Notes under the pieces: model-generated | Databases searched by the model: none | What the model was told of the DNA's origin: nothing | What the model saw: the letters and a program-made list of their open reading frames with translations, nothing else | Position numbers and translations under genes: made by a program | NCBI GenBank assembly: GCA_019561615.1 | Contig: JAHEQA010000036.1 | Coordinates: forward strand, 27,335-91,334 | Source of the DNA: Methanothermococcus sp. SCGC AD-155-E23 | Lineage (GTDB): Archaea > AGJL01 > Methanococci > Methanococcales > Methanococcaceae | Length of the DNA: 64,000 nt | Reading direction: 5' to 3' | Shown here: piece by piece, positions 43,058 to 54,947 of the stretch | Position numbering within the stretch: position 1 is the first letter of the stretch | Layout: every line of letters starts with the position of its first letter

Positions 43058-43759
43058 ATGGTGTCCTTAGATAAGGCTGTAGTTGCCAGGTTTCAGTCCC
43101 ACGGGGAGAGGTTTGAAATACTAGTTGACCCCTACCTGGCAGCTAAGTTGAAGGAAGGCCAACCTGTGGACATGTCCGAGGTACTTGCCTCTGAGACTGT
43201 CTTCCGAGATGCCAGTAAGGGGGAGAAGGCCCCAGAGAGTCTTTTAAAAAAGGTTTTTGGAACTACAGATGTATATGAAATTGCCAGGAAGATAATAACC
43301 AAGGGTACTGTCCAACTTACCGCCCAACAGAGAAGGGAGATGAAGGAGAAGAAGAAGAAACAGATCATCTCCATAATTGCCAGGAACACCATAAATCCTC
43401 AAACTGGTACCCCTCACCCTCCAAAGAGGATTGAGAAGGCCCTGGAGGAGGCCAGGGTTAACATAGATATCTACAAGTCTGCAGAGGAGCAGATCCCCTA
43501 CATTATGAAGGAACTTAAGAAGATAATACCTATTAAGTTTGAGAGGAGGGAGATTGCAGTTAAGGTTCCACCTGAGTACGCCTCCTCTGTATACTACTCC
43601 CTCCGTGACTTTGGAACTGTAAAGGAGGAGGAGTGGCAGGGAGACGGCTCCCTTATATTTATAATAGAGATTCCCAGTGGGATAGAGGAGGAGTTCTACG
43701 CCCACTTAAACAAGCTTACAAAGGGTAACGTCCAAACTAAACTTCTAAGGAAGTTGTAA
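43058..43759 (+). CDS. Ribosome maturation factor SBDS
   Basis: [27 protein letters not shown]. Confidence 0.95.
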   Translation: MVSLDKAVVARFQSHGERFEILVDPYLAAKLKEGQPVDMSEVLASETVFRDASKGEKAPESLLKKVFGTTDVYEIARKIITKGTVQLTAQQRREMKEKKKKQIISIIARNTINPQTGTPHPPKRIEKALEEARVNIDIYKSAEEQIPYIMKELKKIIPIKFERREIAVKVPPEYASSVYYSLRDFGTVKEEEWQGDGSLIFIIEIPSGIEEEFYAHLNKLTKGNVQTKLLRKL

Positions 43760-43771
43760 AAGGTGGGAGGT

Positions 43772-44062
43772 ATGGCAAGGTTCAGTCACACAAAGAAGGT
43801 AGGGCCAGCAGGGAGATTTGGACCAAGATACGGTAGAAAGATTAGGGTAAGAGTAAGGGATGTGGAGATAAAACAGAAGAGAAGTTACAAATGTCCAGTA
43901 TGTGGATTCCAGAAGTTGAGAAGGGTAGGTACCTCCATATGGGTATGTAAGAAGTGTGGTGCCAAGATGGCAGGAGGTGCCTACACCCCAGAAACTGGTG
44001 CAGGTAGGATTGTAACTAAGGCAATTAGAAGGGTTATAGAGAAGAAGAGCAAGGAGAGCTAA
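43772..44062 (+). CDS. rpl37ae: 50S ribosomal protein L37Ae
   Basis: [22 protein letters not shown]. Confidence 0.96.
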   Translation: MARFSHTKKVGPAGRFGPRYGRKIRVRVRDVEIKQKRSYKCPVCGFQKLRRVGTSIWVCKKCGAKMAGGAYTPETGAGRIVTKAIRRVIEKKSKES

Positions 44063-44090
44063 TACCCTATAATTTTTTTAAAGTGGGATT

Positions 44091-44231
44091 ATGGCAGAGT
44101 ATAAGTGCCTTAACTGTGGCAAGGTTATTCCAGCAAGTGAGTTAAATCTAAAGGCCAAATGTCCCTACTGTAGTTACAAGATCCTTGTAAAGGTTAGACC
44201 TAAGATAGTTAAGAGGGTTATTGCAAGATAA
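44091..44231 (+). CDS. rpoP: RNA polymerase subunit P (Rpo12)
   Basis: Not in the ORF track. Manual translation: MAEYKCLNCGKVIPASELNLKAKCPYCSYKILVKVRPKIVKRVIAR. Conserved position after rpl37ae. Confidence 0.95.
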   Translation: MAEYKCLNCGKVIPASELNLKAKCPYCSYKILVKVRPKIVKRVIAR

Positions 44232-44244
44232 GATGTGATGGGAG

Positions 44245-44754
44245 ATGGAGGTGGTTGTAACCACATCGAGGAAACCCTCCCAGAGAACTAGAAGTTTTGT
44301 AAAGGATCTAGCCAGGGTTTTGGGGGGGAAGACCTTGACAAGGGGTAAGACCCCCCTTAGGGAGATACTTGCTAACTATCCCAAGGTAATTATAGTGGAG
44401 GAGTACAGGGGGAATCCAGGGAAGTTAAAATTTTACGACATAGAAAAGAATAAATTGATACTTCTCTTTATCTCTGTAAAGCTTCAGAGGGAGGTATGTG
44501 GAAGAAACGTGGAAAATAGGGAGGGGAAAATAAAGATGGAGTTTTACGGCGACACTCTAAATTACAAAGATCTCTTTTATGATTTCTTCAAGGATTTCAA
44601 CATCCTCTCTGAGGATTCCTCCTTCAGGATGTGTTTCGAGGATAACCCCAAGGGCGAGGAACCTCTCTTCTACATCCAGTTCTATAGAGGGGATAGAAAG
44701 ATAGGACCTCTTATAACTGTAAAGGGTCTAAGGGTTTTGGAAATCTCTAGCTAG
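44245..44754 (+). CDS. Brix/Imp4-domain rRNA maturation protein
   Basis: TTSRKPSQRTRSF, RGK, GNPG.L.F. Confidence 0.9.
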   Translation: MEVVVTTSRKPSQRTRSFVKDLARVLGGKTLTRGKTPLREILANYPKVIIVEEYRGNPGKLKFYDIEKNKLILLFISVKLQREVCGRNVENREGKIKMEFYGDTLNYKDLFYDFFKDFNILSEDSSFRMCFEDNPKGEEPLFYIQFYRGDRKIGPLITVKGLRVLEISS

Positions 44755-44764
44755 GTTGGATAAT

Positions 44765-45016
44765 ATGGAGGACCTTTCCTTTTCCCTGGAGATAGAGTTT
44801 GACTCCCAGGAGGAGGCAGAGATAATATACAAAAGTATTCTATTGGAACATCTAGATACACAGATAAAGTCCAGGAGTAGGATGGAGGTTAGGGGGAGGA
44901 CTCTCAAGGTGGAAACCTACGCCAGAGACCTTAGTATACTAAAGGCCTCCCTCTACTCCTATCTAAGGTGGATAAAGGTATCGGAAAGTATATATAAAAT
45001 AATCAGAAAAGAGTAA
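44765..45016 (+). CDS. pcc1: KEOPS complex subunit Pcc1
   Basis: A..IYKS..E, A.D...LKASL.SYLRWI; superoperon position. Confidence 0.88.
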   Translation: MEDLSFSLEIEFDSQEEAEIIYKSILLEHLDTQIKSRSRMEVRGRTLKVETYARDLSILKASLYSYLRWIKVSESIYKIIRKE

Positions 45017-45047
45017 TCTGTAAAAAAATACAGAAAAGGTGAATATT

Positions 45048-45398
45048 ATGGAGTTACCTGCTAATGTACAGAACCAGATTATCCAGCTACAGCAGCTACA
45101 GCAGCAACTCCAGATAATTGTTCTACAGAAGCAGCAGGTAGAGACCCAGATAAAGGAGATAAAGAAGGCCCTAGAGGAGATGGAGAAATCTCCATCAGAT
45201 GAGGTTTACAAGATGACTGGAGCAATCCTTGTAAAGAGAAAGAAGGAGGAAGTTGAAAAGGAGTTGAAGGAGTTACTTGAAACCTTGGAACTAAGACTGA
45301 AAACCTTGGAGAACCAGGAGAAGAAGATGCAGGAGAGATTGAATGAGTTACAGCAGACACTACAGAAGATAATCCAGGAACACCCTAACGTCTCCTAA
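45048..45398 (+). CDS. pfdB: Prefoldin beta subunit
   Basis: Q-rich coiled coil and VYK..G.ILV. Confidence 0.93.
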   Translation: MELPANVQNQIIQLQQLQQQLQIIVLQKQQVETQIKEIKKALEEMEKSPSDEVYKMTGAILVKRKKEEVEKELKELLETLELRLKTLENQEKKMQERLNELQQTLQKIIQEHPNVS

Positions 45399-45483
45399 TT
45401 GCTATTTTTCTCATTTTTTACTTTTTTATTAAACCCTATTTTTCCTATTTTTTGACAAATATCTCTGGAGGTGTAATTAGTAG

Positions 45484-47136
<1,653 letters not shown>

Positions 47137-47140
47137 TTAG

Positions 47141-48073
47141 GTGTTTGATGCAAGGAGGTTTATAGAGGAGACTGTCTCTAAGTTGAAGGAGGAGTTAAAG
47201 GATAAGAAGGCTATTATAGCCCTTAGTGGAGGGGTGGATAGCTCTGTAGCAGCGGTACTTACAGCTAAGGCCATAGGTGATAGACTTCTAGCGGTATTTG
47301 TAGATACTGGACTTATGAGGAAGGGGGAGGCCCAGGAGATATACAAGGTATTCAAGGAGGACCTTGGATTAAACCTAAAGATCGTAGATAAAAAAGATCT
47401 CTTTTTAAAGGCGTTGAGAGGTGTAAGGGATCCAGAGGAGAAGAGGAGAATTATTGGTAGGTTGTTTATAGAGGTCTTCGAGGAGATCGCCAGGAAGGAC
47501 AATAGGGAGGTCTTAATTCAAGGTACCATTGCCCCAGATTGGATAGAGAGTGAGGGGAAGATTAAAACCCATCATAACATAGCCCTGCCAAGGGGTATGG
47601 TCTTAAAGGTTGTGGAACCCCTTAGGGACCTCTACAAGGATGAGGTTAGGTTAGTTGCAAAGGAGTTAGGCCTCCCAGACAGGATAGTATACAGGCAGCC
47701 CTTCCCAGGTCCAGGTCTTGCAGTAAGGGTACTGGGAGAGGTTACCCCAGAGAAGTTGGAGATATGTAGGGAGGCAAACGCCATAGTTGAGGAGGAGGTG
47801 GAGAGGGAGGGGTTAAACAGGAGACTGTGGCAGTACTTTGCAGCGGTACTTGACAGTAAGGCTACAGGGGTTAAGGGGGATATAAGGGAGTACAACTGGA
47901 TAGTTGCAGTGAGGATGGTGGAATCCCTGGATGCCATGACTGCAAGTGTCCCTGAGATCCCCTTCACTCTCCTCAAGAGGATAAGTAAGAGGATAACCTC
48001 AGAGGTTCCCAACGTGGCAAGGGTGGTATTTGATATTACAGATAAGCCTCCAGCCACTATAGAATTTGAATAA
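47141..48073 (+). CDS. guaAB: GMP synthase subunit B
   Basis: [36 protein letters not shown]. Confidence 0.96.
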   Translation: MFDARRFIEETVSKLKEELKDKKAIIALSGGVDSSVAAVLTAKAIGDRLLAVFVDTGLMRKGEAQEIYKVFKEDLGLNLKIVDKKDLFLKALRGVRDPEEKRRIIGRLFIEVFEEIARKDNREVLIQGTIAPDWIESEGKIKTHHNIALPRGMVLKVVEPLRDLYKDEVRLVAKELGLPDRIVYRQPFPGPGLAVRVLGEVTPEKLEICREANAIVEEEVEREGLNRRLWQYFAAVLDSKATGVKGDIREYNWIVAVRMVESLDAMTASVPEIPFTLLKRISKRITSEVPNVARVVFDITDKPPATIEFE

Positions 48074-48081
48074 TTGGGAAA

Positions 48082-49350
48082 ATGATGATAAAAATTCTTT
48101 TAAAGTTAAGAGGGGATCATCTTCTCAGGGACAGTATCTACATGGTGATCTCCAACATCTACTCCAAGGGTATGGCCTATCTCTTCTACTTTCTCACAGC
48201 CCTTATACTAGGTACAGAGAGTTTTGGTATTTTAAGGGGAATCATGCCCCTTATAGACACTGTGGTTATACTCTTCTCCTCTGGCATACCTCCCTCCATG
48301 GCCAGGTATATCTCCCAGTACTCAGGGGAGGACTACTCCTGGATCTTCTTCATCTTCTTTGTAATGATAGTACTCTCCACCCTAGGTGCCCTCTCCCTCT
48401 TTCTTCTGAGGTATATACTGGGAGGGGGTTATGAAAGTATAGATACTTCACTTTATCTGGTAGCTGGTTTTACAGTGATATCCTCCTCCTTTATATCCTG
48501 GGGTAGAGGGGTACTTCAGGGACTTCTAAAGATAAAGGATCTCTCAAAGACCTGGATAGTGGAGTACCTCTTTAAAATACCCCTGGCGGTGGTACTCTCC
48601 CTCTACCTAGGTGTTCTAGGTGCCCTACTCTCCCTACCACTCTCCTATATCTTTGGAGGTCTCTTTGGATTCCACCTTTTAAGAAGATATATAGATGTGG
48701 GGAGGTTGGAGGTAATTAAAACACTCCTGGAAAAGAGGGATTTAATTAAGGAGGTAATCCTCTACTCCATACCTATAGCCCTGGGAACAGCTTCCTACCG
48801 TCTCTTAAATGATTTAGATAGTGTAGTTATAATGTCCCTCCTGGGACCCCAGGATAACGGTATATACGGATACGCCTCCCTACTCTCTCGAGGGGTTTTT
48901 CTCTTCGCCTCTGCAGTGGGAATACCCCTACTACCTAGGGTGGCTAGAAGTAGAGACTTCAACAGTATAAAAAAGGCACTTCTTATAAACCTAGCTCTAA
49001 TAACTCCAGTAATCCTACTTATGTTTCTCTTTCCAGGGGAGATGTTAAGGATCTTCTTTGGGGTGGAGGATGAGAGGGCAGCTATCTCTTTAAAGATACT
49101 CTCAGTTTCAGCAGGTTTTATGAGCTCCTATACCGTATGTGCCTCTGCACTTCAAGGTCTAGGTCATGGAAAGATACCCCTCTACATCCTCCTAGTTGGA
49201 ATTGTACTAAACGGTATCTTGAATTATCTACTTGTTAAAAAAATAGGGGTTGTAGGAGGTGCCTATGGGACCCTGATATCCTCTATACTTATCTTCATCC
49301 TGGTGTTAACATACCTAAAAAAGTGCGGGGGAGGGGATTTGAACCCCTGA
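48082..49350 (+). CDS. Oligosaccharide flippase (MOP/Wzx family)
   Basis: About 12 hydrophobic segments, LG.E.FG, D.V.I..LLG...G.Y. 3' end overlaps tRNA-Leu on the other strand. Confidence 0.85.
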   Translation: MMIKILLKLRGDHLLRDSIYMVISNIYSKGMAYLFYFLTALILGTESFGILRGIMPLIDTVVILFSSGIPPSMARYISQYSGEDYSWIFFIFFVMIVLSTLGALSLFLLRYILGGGYESIDTSLYLVAGFTVISSSFISWGRGVLQGLLKIKDLSKTWIVEYLFKIPLAVVLSLYLGVLGALLSLPLSYIFGGLFGFHLLRRYIDVGRLEVIKTLLEKRDLIKEVILYSIPIALGTASYRLLNDLDSVVIMSLLGPQDNGIYGYASLLSRGVFLFASAVGIPLLPRVARSRDFNSIKKALLINLALITPVILLMFLFPGEMLRIFFGVEDERAAISLKILSVSAGFMSSYTVCASALQGLGHGKIPLYILLVGIVLNGILNYLLVKKIGVVGGAYGTLISSILIFILVLTYLKKCGGGDLNP

Positions 49351-49408
49351 ACCCCTACGGGACTAGGCCCTCAACCTAGCGCCTTTGGCCAGGCTCGGCA
49401 ACCCCCGC
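49324..49408 (-). tRNA. tRNA-Leu (GAG)
   Basis: GCGGGGG...CTAGG-TTGAGGG-CCTAG, long variable arm, TTCAAAT, discriminator A, no encoded CCA. Confidence 0.95.
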
Positions 49409-49440
49409 TTAAAATAGGCACTATCTAATATTAAGTAGTG

Positions 49441-49476
49441 GTATATAAACCTTTCGGCGAAAAGTATTTATATAAG
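49441..49476. promoter_or_regulatory. Back-to-back BRE/TATA promoters for tRNA-Leu and tRNA-Met
   Basis: Minus strand CCGAAAGGTTTATATAC; plus strand CGAAAAGTATTTATATAA. Confidence 0.7.
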
Positions 49477-49503
49477 ATACCATATCTAAGAAGTGTGGGG
49501 TGT

Positions 49504-49618
49504 GCCGAGGTGGCTTAGTCTGGTTATAGCGCTCGGCTCATACGGATTATTCCCAAGGTCTCTCCTTGGGTCCGGGGAAACCGAGAGGTCGAGGGTTCAA
49601 ATCCCTCCCTCGGCACCA
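49504..49618 (+). tRNA. Elongator tRNA-Met (CAT) with a 37-nt intron at position 37/38 (49543-49579)
   Basis: GCCGAGG...CTCGG-CT-CAT-A-[intron with CCCAAGG/CCTTGGG hairpin]-A-CCGAG...TTCAAAT...CCTCGGC-ACCA. Confidence 0.92.
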
Positions 49619-49619
49619 C

Positions 49620-50525
49620 TTATTCCTTTTTTCCTCCAGAGGATGTCTCTTCTCTGAGTTCCTCTTTCCTTTCCTCCTCTTTTTCCCTTACACACTCCTC
49701 AGGTTTTACCCTGGCTACTACTATATATCCAGTATGTCCTATCATCCTTGGGGAGGGTCTGGCACCTTTTTCCGATATCTCTATATCCCTTACTAGACAT
49801 TCCACAGTTCTAATCTCCATAAATCCATGCTTTTTTAAGGCCTCAACACTTTTCTTCGCCTGTTCAATATAGGGTACGTATATTGCAATCCTACCCTTGG
49901 CCTTGTTAAGGGCTTTTTTTGCATGTTCTACAACGTTCCAGGGATCTGGGAGATCTAGTACCACCACATCTACATTCCTCTCCTCTATACCCTGGGTAAC
50001 ATCCCCTATCTTCTGAATAACGTTGTAAAGTCCATCCTCCTCTTCCTCTCCTTCCTCTACAGTATCCTCCTCATCTAGTCCTATTATCTTCTGCCCCCTC
50101 CTTACCAGTCCAAGGGCTGCTAAATTCTCCCTTGCCACCTTTGCAAATTCAGGTCTCTTCTCGTAGGTGATAACCTTACCTCTCTTTCCAACGGCATTTG
50201 CAAGATAGATAGTTAGGGCTCCAGATCCTGTACCTGCCTCCACAACTGTCTCCCCATCTGCAATTCCACAGTAGGTAAGTATAATACCTATGTCCTTAGG
50301 TAGTAGTGTAGTTACCCTTCTCTTCATCTTTTTAACTACGTCGTATAGGGTAGGTTCCAGGAGATAGAAGGTATGGCCCTTATGGGATTTTAATACACTA
50401 CCCTCTTTTACACCCTTTAGATCAACTACACCTAGGTCGTTACCAAACCTTTCAACATCTTTTTTCAGCAGATACTTCTTCCCCCTCTCATCTACCAGAA
50501 GTTTCTTCCTCAAGGCTTTCACCAC
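49620..50525 (-). CDS. trmI: tRNA (adenine-57/58-N1)-methyltransferase TrmI
   Basis: PKDIG, VEAGTGSGALT, LDLPDPW, RP..MIGHTGY. Confidence 0.93.
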   Translation of the reverse strand: MVKALRKKLLVDERGKKYLLKKDVERFGNDLGVVDLKGVKEGSVLKSHKGHTFYLLEPTLYDVVKKMKRRVTTLLPKDIGIILTYCGIADGETVVEAGTGSGALTIYLANAVGKRGKVITYEKRPEFAKVARENLAALGLVRRGQKIIGLDEEDTVEEGEEEEDGLYNVIQKIGDVTQGIEERNVDVVVLDLPDPWNVVEHAKKALNKAKGRIAIYVPYIEQAKKSVEALKKHGFMEIRTVECLVRDIEISEKGARPSPRMIGHTGYIVVARVKPEECVREKEEERKEELREETSSGGKKE

Positions 50526-50534
50526 CCCAGCTTT

Positions 50535-51287
50535 TTATATCAACCTCTTCTGGATATAACTCTCGTTTTTAGACACCTTTCCATTTTTCAACATACTTCT
50601 CAACATATTCTGGGAGGTTTTCCAACACTTCCTGGCAATCTCTGGCAACTCCCCATGTTCCTTTATGTAATTCCTCAGGTAGTTTATAGTGACCCTGTCA
50701 CTGGGATATCCACTTCCAATCTCCCCGTATATCTTCTTGTAGTTGTCTATTATCCTATCCCTAGTAACCTTTGCCACAATGGAGGCAGCTGAGACAATCT
50801 TGTACTTGTCGTCAGCCTTGTGCTCAGCAATTATCTCGATATTGTTGTTGTAGGTTATCAACCTAGATTTGATCTTATTTGAAAAGGCCCTCCTGTTACT
50901 ACAGCATGCATCTATATATATCTTGAACCTCTTGTTGTAGTAGGCAGAGATCTCCCCCTCCTCGTCTATCCTGTACTCCTCCCTGAGAACACTGTTTATA
51001 AGTTTTGAGAACATCCCGATCTCTATGTTGTCTAGATTGCTCCTCTTTATCATCTCATCTATATCCTTTGCCTCAAGGACGATGGTCTTAACCTCGTATC
51101 TACTAACTATCAAGTTGTACAATTCATTTCTCTTTCTCTTGTTTAACCTTTTACTGTCCCTTATGCCCCACCTGTTAAACTCCTCTAGATCTCCTTCCCT
51201 GGCCTTTACAAGTGCTATTACCAGGGGACCTAGAACAGGTCCTCTACCAGCCTCATCTAATCCAAGTATTACTGTCTCCTCCTCCAT
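50535..51287 (-). CDS. rnhB: Ribonuclease HII
   Basis: GLDEAGRGPVLGP, DSK.L, HKAD, SAASIVAKV.RD, GSGYPSD. Confidence 0.96.
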   Translation of the reverse strand: MEEETVILGLDEAGRGPVLGPLVIALVKAREGDLEEFNRWGIRDSKRLNKRKRNELYNLIVSRYEVKTIVLEAKDIDEMIKRSNLDNIEIGMFSKLINSVLREEYRIDEEGEISAYYNKRFKIYIDACCSNRRAFSNKIKSRLITYNNNIEIIAEHKADDKYKIVSAASIVAKVTRDRIIDNYKKIYGEIGSGYPSDRVTINYLRNYIKEHGELPEIARKCWKTSQNMLRSMLKNGKVSKNESYIQKRLI

Positions 51288-51362
51288 TCTAGACCTCTTA
51301 TTTTTTATATAGGTTTTCAACACTATTATAACAGTGATTATTTATAAAATTGGTGGTTTCTA

Positions 51363-51557
51363 ATGATGATAAAGAAGCTCCTCTCCAAGAGGGGACAGCT
51401 AAGTTTAGAGTTCAGTATACTCATGATGACAGTTGTCCTTGCAGCTGTAGTGGTGGGATACTACATGATAGAAACTTCCCTCTACATTCAAAATACCTCT
51501 ATAGAGACGATAGATAATGTCTCCAGTGCTACCCTAAGAGTACTAAGTAGGGTATAG
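51363..51557 (+). CDS. Class III signal peptide protein (type IV pilin-like)
   Basis: SKRG|QLSLEF followed by a hydrophobic stretch. Confidence 0.85.
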   Translation: MMIKKLLSKRGQLSLEFSILMMTVVLAAVVVGYYMIETSLYIQNTSIETIDNVSSATLRVLSRV

Positions 51558-51564
51558 GGAAAAT

Positions 51565-52155
51565 ATGAAGAAGTTAATAGGCATTGCAGGGATGCCAGGA
51601 TCTGGTAAAAGTGCAGTGTTTCAAGTGGCACCTAAGTTAAAGGTTCCAGTAGTCTCCATGGGAGATATTGTCCGTCAGGAGACCTTGAAGAGAGGTTTGG
51701 AGTTAACACCTGAAAATGTAGGGAATACCGCTGTAGAGTTGAGGAAAAAATATGGAGAGGATGCCATAGCGGTATTCTGCCTTAAGCATATAGAGGAGAA
51801 GTACAGGGATGAGGACATAGTGATTATAGAGGGTATAAGGAGTATGTATGAGGTGGACTACTTCAGAAAACACTACCCCCTTACCATCGTTGCAATTCAC
51901 TCCTCTCCTAAAACAAGATTTAAAAGGTTAAAAAAGAGAAAGAGGGAAGACGACACCTCTGAGTGGAAGGCCTTCGTTGAGAGGGATATGAGGGAGTTAG
52001 GCTTTACCCTTGGTAACGTTATAGCCCTGGCTGACTACATGATCGTCAACGAGACAGATTACAACACCTACCTGAAGAACTTGGAGGATGTGCTGAGGAA
52101 AATAATACTCTCCTGGAGGAAGGGGGATAAAAGTGGCGAGCCCGGAGGGATTTGA
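51565..52155 (+). CDS. UPF0200 P-loop kinase (dephospho-CoA kinase-like)
   Basis: [30 protein letters not shown]. Confidence 0.88.
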   Translation: MKKLIGIAGMPGSGKSAVFQVAPKLKVPVVSMGDIVRQETLKRGLELTPENVGNTAVELRKKYGEDAIAVFCLKHIEEKYRDEDIVIIEGIRSMYEVDYFRKHYPLTIVAIHSSPKTRFKRLKKRKREDDTSEWKAFVERDMRELGFTLGNVIALADYMIVNETDYNTYLKNLEDVLRKIILSWRKGDKSGEPGGI

Positions 52156-52211
52156 ACCCTCGACCACGGGGTCCGAAGCCCCGCATTCTATCCAGGCTAA
52201 ACTACGGGCCC
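52134..52211 (-). tRNA. tRNA-Arg (TCG)
   Basis: GGGCCCG...CGGGG-CTTCGGA-CCCCG...TTCAAAT...CGGGCTC-GCCA. Confidence 0.95.
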
Positions 52212-52268
52212 ATACTTTAGGGGATATATTTTTTACCTTCCTTTCTATATATTTTTAACGGTGAAATC

Positions 52269-54092
52269 GTGTGTGGGATAATAGGATACCTTGGAGATAA
52301 AAAGGCCTCGGAAATTCTACTTAGGGGTTTAAAGAGGTTGGAGTACAGGGGGTATGACAGCTGTGGTATCGGGGTTGTTGAGGGGGATAGGTTAATAGTG
52401 AAAAAAGGTGTTGGCAAGATAGATGAGGTCTCCAAAAGTGAGAACTTCCTGGAGGTAGATGGGAAGGTAGGTATTGGACATTCAAGATGGGCAACCCATG
52501 GAGGTATAACGAAGGAGAATGCCCATCCCCATACAGACTGTAAAGAAGAGTTGGCTGTTGTCCATAATGGAATAATCTCCAACTACAGGGAGTTAAAGGA
52601 GGAACTTATTAAGAGGGGACATATCTTTAGGTCCCAGACAGATACTGAAGTTATACCCCATCTCATCGAGGAGGAGATAAGGAGGTTGAATAAATCCCAC
52701 ATCTCCCAGGAGGAGTATATCGAGGCTGTAAAGAGGGCTATAAAGAGACTGGAAGGTACCTATGCACTACTTATCCTGAATAAAAACTTTCCAGATCTAC
52801 TCCTTGGAGTGAGAAATGAGAACCCTCTACTTCTAGGTGTGAAAGGGGAGGAGTGCTTCCTAGGCAGTGATATATCTGCCTTTTTGGAGTGGACAAAAGA
52901 TGCTATCCTCCTAGAAGAGGGGGACATGGTTATCCTCCAGAAGGGAGGAAATGGGGTAGATTACTCCATATACAATTTAAGGGAGGAGAGGGATGTTAGC
53001 AGTGAGAGGGAGAAGATAAAGGTGGACTGGGATATAGAGACTGCGGAAAAGGGAGGATATGAGCACTTCATGCTCAAGGAGATCATGGAGGAGCCTGAGG
53101 TTATAAAGAACTCTGCAAGGGTGTCCAAGGAGGAGATAGAGGAGTTGGCAAGGTGTATAAGGGACTACAGTAGGGTCTATATCGTAGGTATGGGTACCTC
53201 CCTCCATGCAGGGATGGTTGGGGAGTACTGGTTCTCAAAGTTAAACAAGTTAGTAATACCCTGTGATGCCTCTGAGTTCTTGGTAAAGGGTATAGTAGAT
53301 GAAGATACCCTAGTTATAGGGATCACCCAAAGTGGGGAGACCTACGACACCATAAAGGCCATAAGGTATGCCAAGAGTAAGGGGGCAAAAACTGCCACTG
53401 TGGTAAATGTTCTAGGTTCCACTGCAACGAGGATAAGTGATATTACAGTTATGATGGGAGCAGGTATTGAGATATCTGTATGTGCCACAAAGACCTACCT
53501 CTCCCAACTTATGATACTCTACAGGCTCTTCATAGAGTACGGTAAGATAGTTGGTAGGGATATGGAGATATTTGAGAGGGAGATAGAGAGGATTCCAGGG
53601 TATATCCAGGAGGTTATTGAAAAGAGGGAGAGTATAAAGAAGGTGGCAGAGAGTTTAAAGGCCAAAAACTACCTCTTTATCTCCAAGGGTATAAATCTAC
53701 CAAATGCCTTGGAGGGGGCTCTAAAGTTCAAGGAGATTACATACCTACATGCAGAGGGTATGAGTAGTGGGTTTCTGAAACATGGTACCATCTCCCTTAT
53801 AGACGAGAACATGGATACTGTAGCCCTTGTACCACCCTCCACCAGTGAACTCTTCAGATCTGTGGTATCCAACATAGAGGAGATAAAAGCTAGAAATGGT
53901 AAGGTAGTTGCCATCTCCCCTGTAGAGATAGAGGTTGTAGATCATCTGATAAAGATACCTGAGGTGTTGGAGGAGGTAAGCCCCTTCCTCTACGCACCAG
54001 CTTGTCAGTTACTAGCCTACTACAAGGCTGTGGAACTTGGTAGGGATGTGGATAAACCAAGGGGACTTGCTAAAAGTGTCACCGTGGAGTAA
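52269..54092 (+). CDS. glmS: Glutamine--fructose-6-phosphate transaminase
   Basis: MCGI, LEYRGYDS, GHSRWATHG, QSGET.DT, ATKT, KHG, PRGLAKSVTVE. No intein at 607 aa. Confidence 0.98.
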   Translation: MCGIIGYLGDKKASEILLRGLKRLEYRGYDSCGIGVVEGDRLIVKKGVGKIDEVSKSENFLEVDGKVGIGHSRWATHGGITKENAHPHTDCKEELAVVHNGIISNYRELKEELIKRGHIFRSQTDTEVIPHLIEEEIRRLNKSHISQEEYIEAVKRAIKRLEGTYALLILNKNFPDLLLGVRNENPLLLGVKGEECFLGSDISAFLEWTKDAILLEEGDMVILQKGGNGVDYSIYNLREERDVSSEREKIKVDWDIETAEKGGYEHFMLKEIMEEPEVIKNSARVSKEEIEELARCIRDYSRVYIVGMGTSLHAGMVGEYWFSKLNKLVIPCDASEFLVKGIVDEDTLVIGITQSGETYDTIKAIRYAKSKGAKTATVVNVLGSTATRISDITVMMGAGIEISVCATKTYLSQLMILYRLFIEYGKIVGRDMEIFEREIERIPGYIQEVIEKRESIKKVAESLKAKNYLFISKGINLPNALEGALKFKEITYLHAEGMSSGFLKHGTISLIDENMDTVALVPPSTSELFRSVVSNIEEIKARNGKVVAISPVEIEVVDHLIKIPEVLEEVSPFLYAPACQLLAYYKAVELGRDVDKPRGLAKSVTVE

Positions 54093-54926
54093 CTATTCCA
54101 AATTCTCATACTCCTTTTTTAGAATAAGGGCGTCGTACTCCAACCTTGGACTTTCACAGATGACGGTGCCCTTTACACCGTAGTCCTTCAACGCCTTAAG
54201 AAGTTCTCTGTAGTTAAATTTAGACTCCTGAAGTGGCAGGTGATTCTTCTCACCTCCTTTTCCGTACTGGATCCCTGAGATATGGATATGCATATCGTAT
54301 ATACCCTCCTTCCCAAGGGTATCCTCCACCTTCTCCAGTATCTTGTAGAAGGAGTTGTAGTCGTTTATCCTCCCCATGCTCCTTGCATAGATATGGGCGA
54401 AGTCTATACAGGGTAGTATTCCCAGCTCCTGGGAGAGGGAGAGGGTTTCATCTAGATCTCCAAACTGGGTAATCCTTCCAGTGGTTTCCGGCCTCAACAT
54501 TACATTTATCCTGTTGTCCTTTAAATAGTCCAGTATCCTCCCTATGTTCTTTACCATAACCTTGTATACCTCTTTCTTATCCATCTTCAGGTAGTACCCT
54601 GGATGGAATACAACGTTCTTGTTGATCTCGGAGTACCTGTTAAAAATGTTGATTATTTTTGCAGTTTTTATTATATGGTTTATACTTCTCTCAACCTTCT
54701 CCTCCTCCTTTGCATTGAGATTTATGTAGTAGGGGGCATGGGCACTTACTACAATCTTCCTAGAATGTTCCACAAGATCCTTGGCACCTTTCTCCTTTAT
54801 ATTGACTCCATGTACAAACTCCAACTCCAGGGCATTTAGATCCATCTTCCTCAGGAGGTAAAAGGCATTTTTAGTGGTTCTTGGCTTTGTACTTAGAGGT
54901 ATACCTGCAGTTCCAAAGCTCAACAT
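54093..54926 (-). CDS. nfo: Endonuclease IV-like AP endonuclease (TIM barrel)
   Basis: SAHAPYYINL, FHPG, PETTG, DFAH, H.HISGI, HLPL, ICESP. Confidence 0.85.
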   Translation of the reverse strand: MLSFGTAGIPLSTKPRTTKNAFYLLRKMDLNALELEFVHGVNIKEKGAKDLVEHSRKIVVSAHAPYYINLNAKEEEKVERSINHIIKTAKIINIFNRYSEINKNVVFHPGYYLKMDKKEVYKVMVKNIGRILDYLKDNRINVMLRPETTGRITQFGDLDETLSLSQELGILPCIDFAHIYARSMGRINDYNSFYKILEKVEDTLGKEGIYDMHIHISGIQYGKGGEKNHLPLQESKFNYRELLKALKDYGVKGTVICESPRLEYDALILKKEYENLE

Positions 54927-54947
54927 ATCTATCCCAGGTTTATTTTT

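Noticed and set aside
52269-54092. Intein in glmS
   Set aside because: Normal length and continuous motifs.
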